A DNA stretch of 63,596 nt, the filler included, from Octopus bimaculoides (taxonomy: Eukaryota): NCBI RefSeq assembly GCF_001194135.2. It is 8 parts of 8 records of this genome, joined end to end, with 100 filler letters (N's around TTAATTAATTAA, not from the genome) between each part and the next. Parts side by side here need not be neighbours in the genome. Positions count along the whole stretch, not along the records: positions 61,829 to 63,596 come from NC_068993.1; 7 more parts are not named here. One strand, 5' to 3'. The stretch's first letter is position 1. Each line of letters starts with the position of its first letter. Position numbers and translations under genes: made by a program. Positions 63,551 through 63,596 of this stretch are shown in pieces. Under the pieces are notes generated by a model, which saw only the letters and a program-made list of their open reading frames with translations, was not told where the DNA came from and did not search any database.

Positions 63551-63596
63551 TGATGATGATGATGATGATAATAATTTCAAAATTTTCAGTGTTCAA

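Overview
Repeat-rich, AT-rich animal genomic DNA. The tRNA-derived SINE families, LINE clades and microsatellite load look like an octopus (coleoid cephalopod); this is inference from family resemblance. The window is not one locus: seven 100-bp spacers (N44-TTAATTAATTAA-N44) join eight separate scaffolds, and there are many internal N gaps. I found no host protein-coding gene I can support, and no rRNA, bona fide tRNA gene or CRISPR array. The coding signal comes from decayed transposons: an RTE LINE ending in three C2H2 fingers, a Penelope-like element (RT plus GIY-YIG), Tx1/L1-clade LINEs, R4/Dong-clade LINEs with a restriction-like endonuclease, and a DDE transposase remnant. Two observations stand out. 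(1) Several head-to-head foldback elements have arms that fold into type-I hammerhead ribozyme motifs of the Penelope pLTR type; the best are at 21007-21091, 134-262 and 1026-1067, all on the minus strand. (2) A head-to-tail Tx1 LINE junction has a 3' tail nearly identical to the tail of one SINE subfamily, pointing to a SINE/Tx1 partnership. All folds and translations were done by eye and need computational confirmation.
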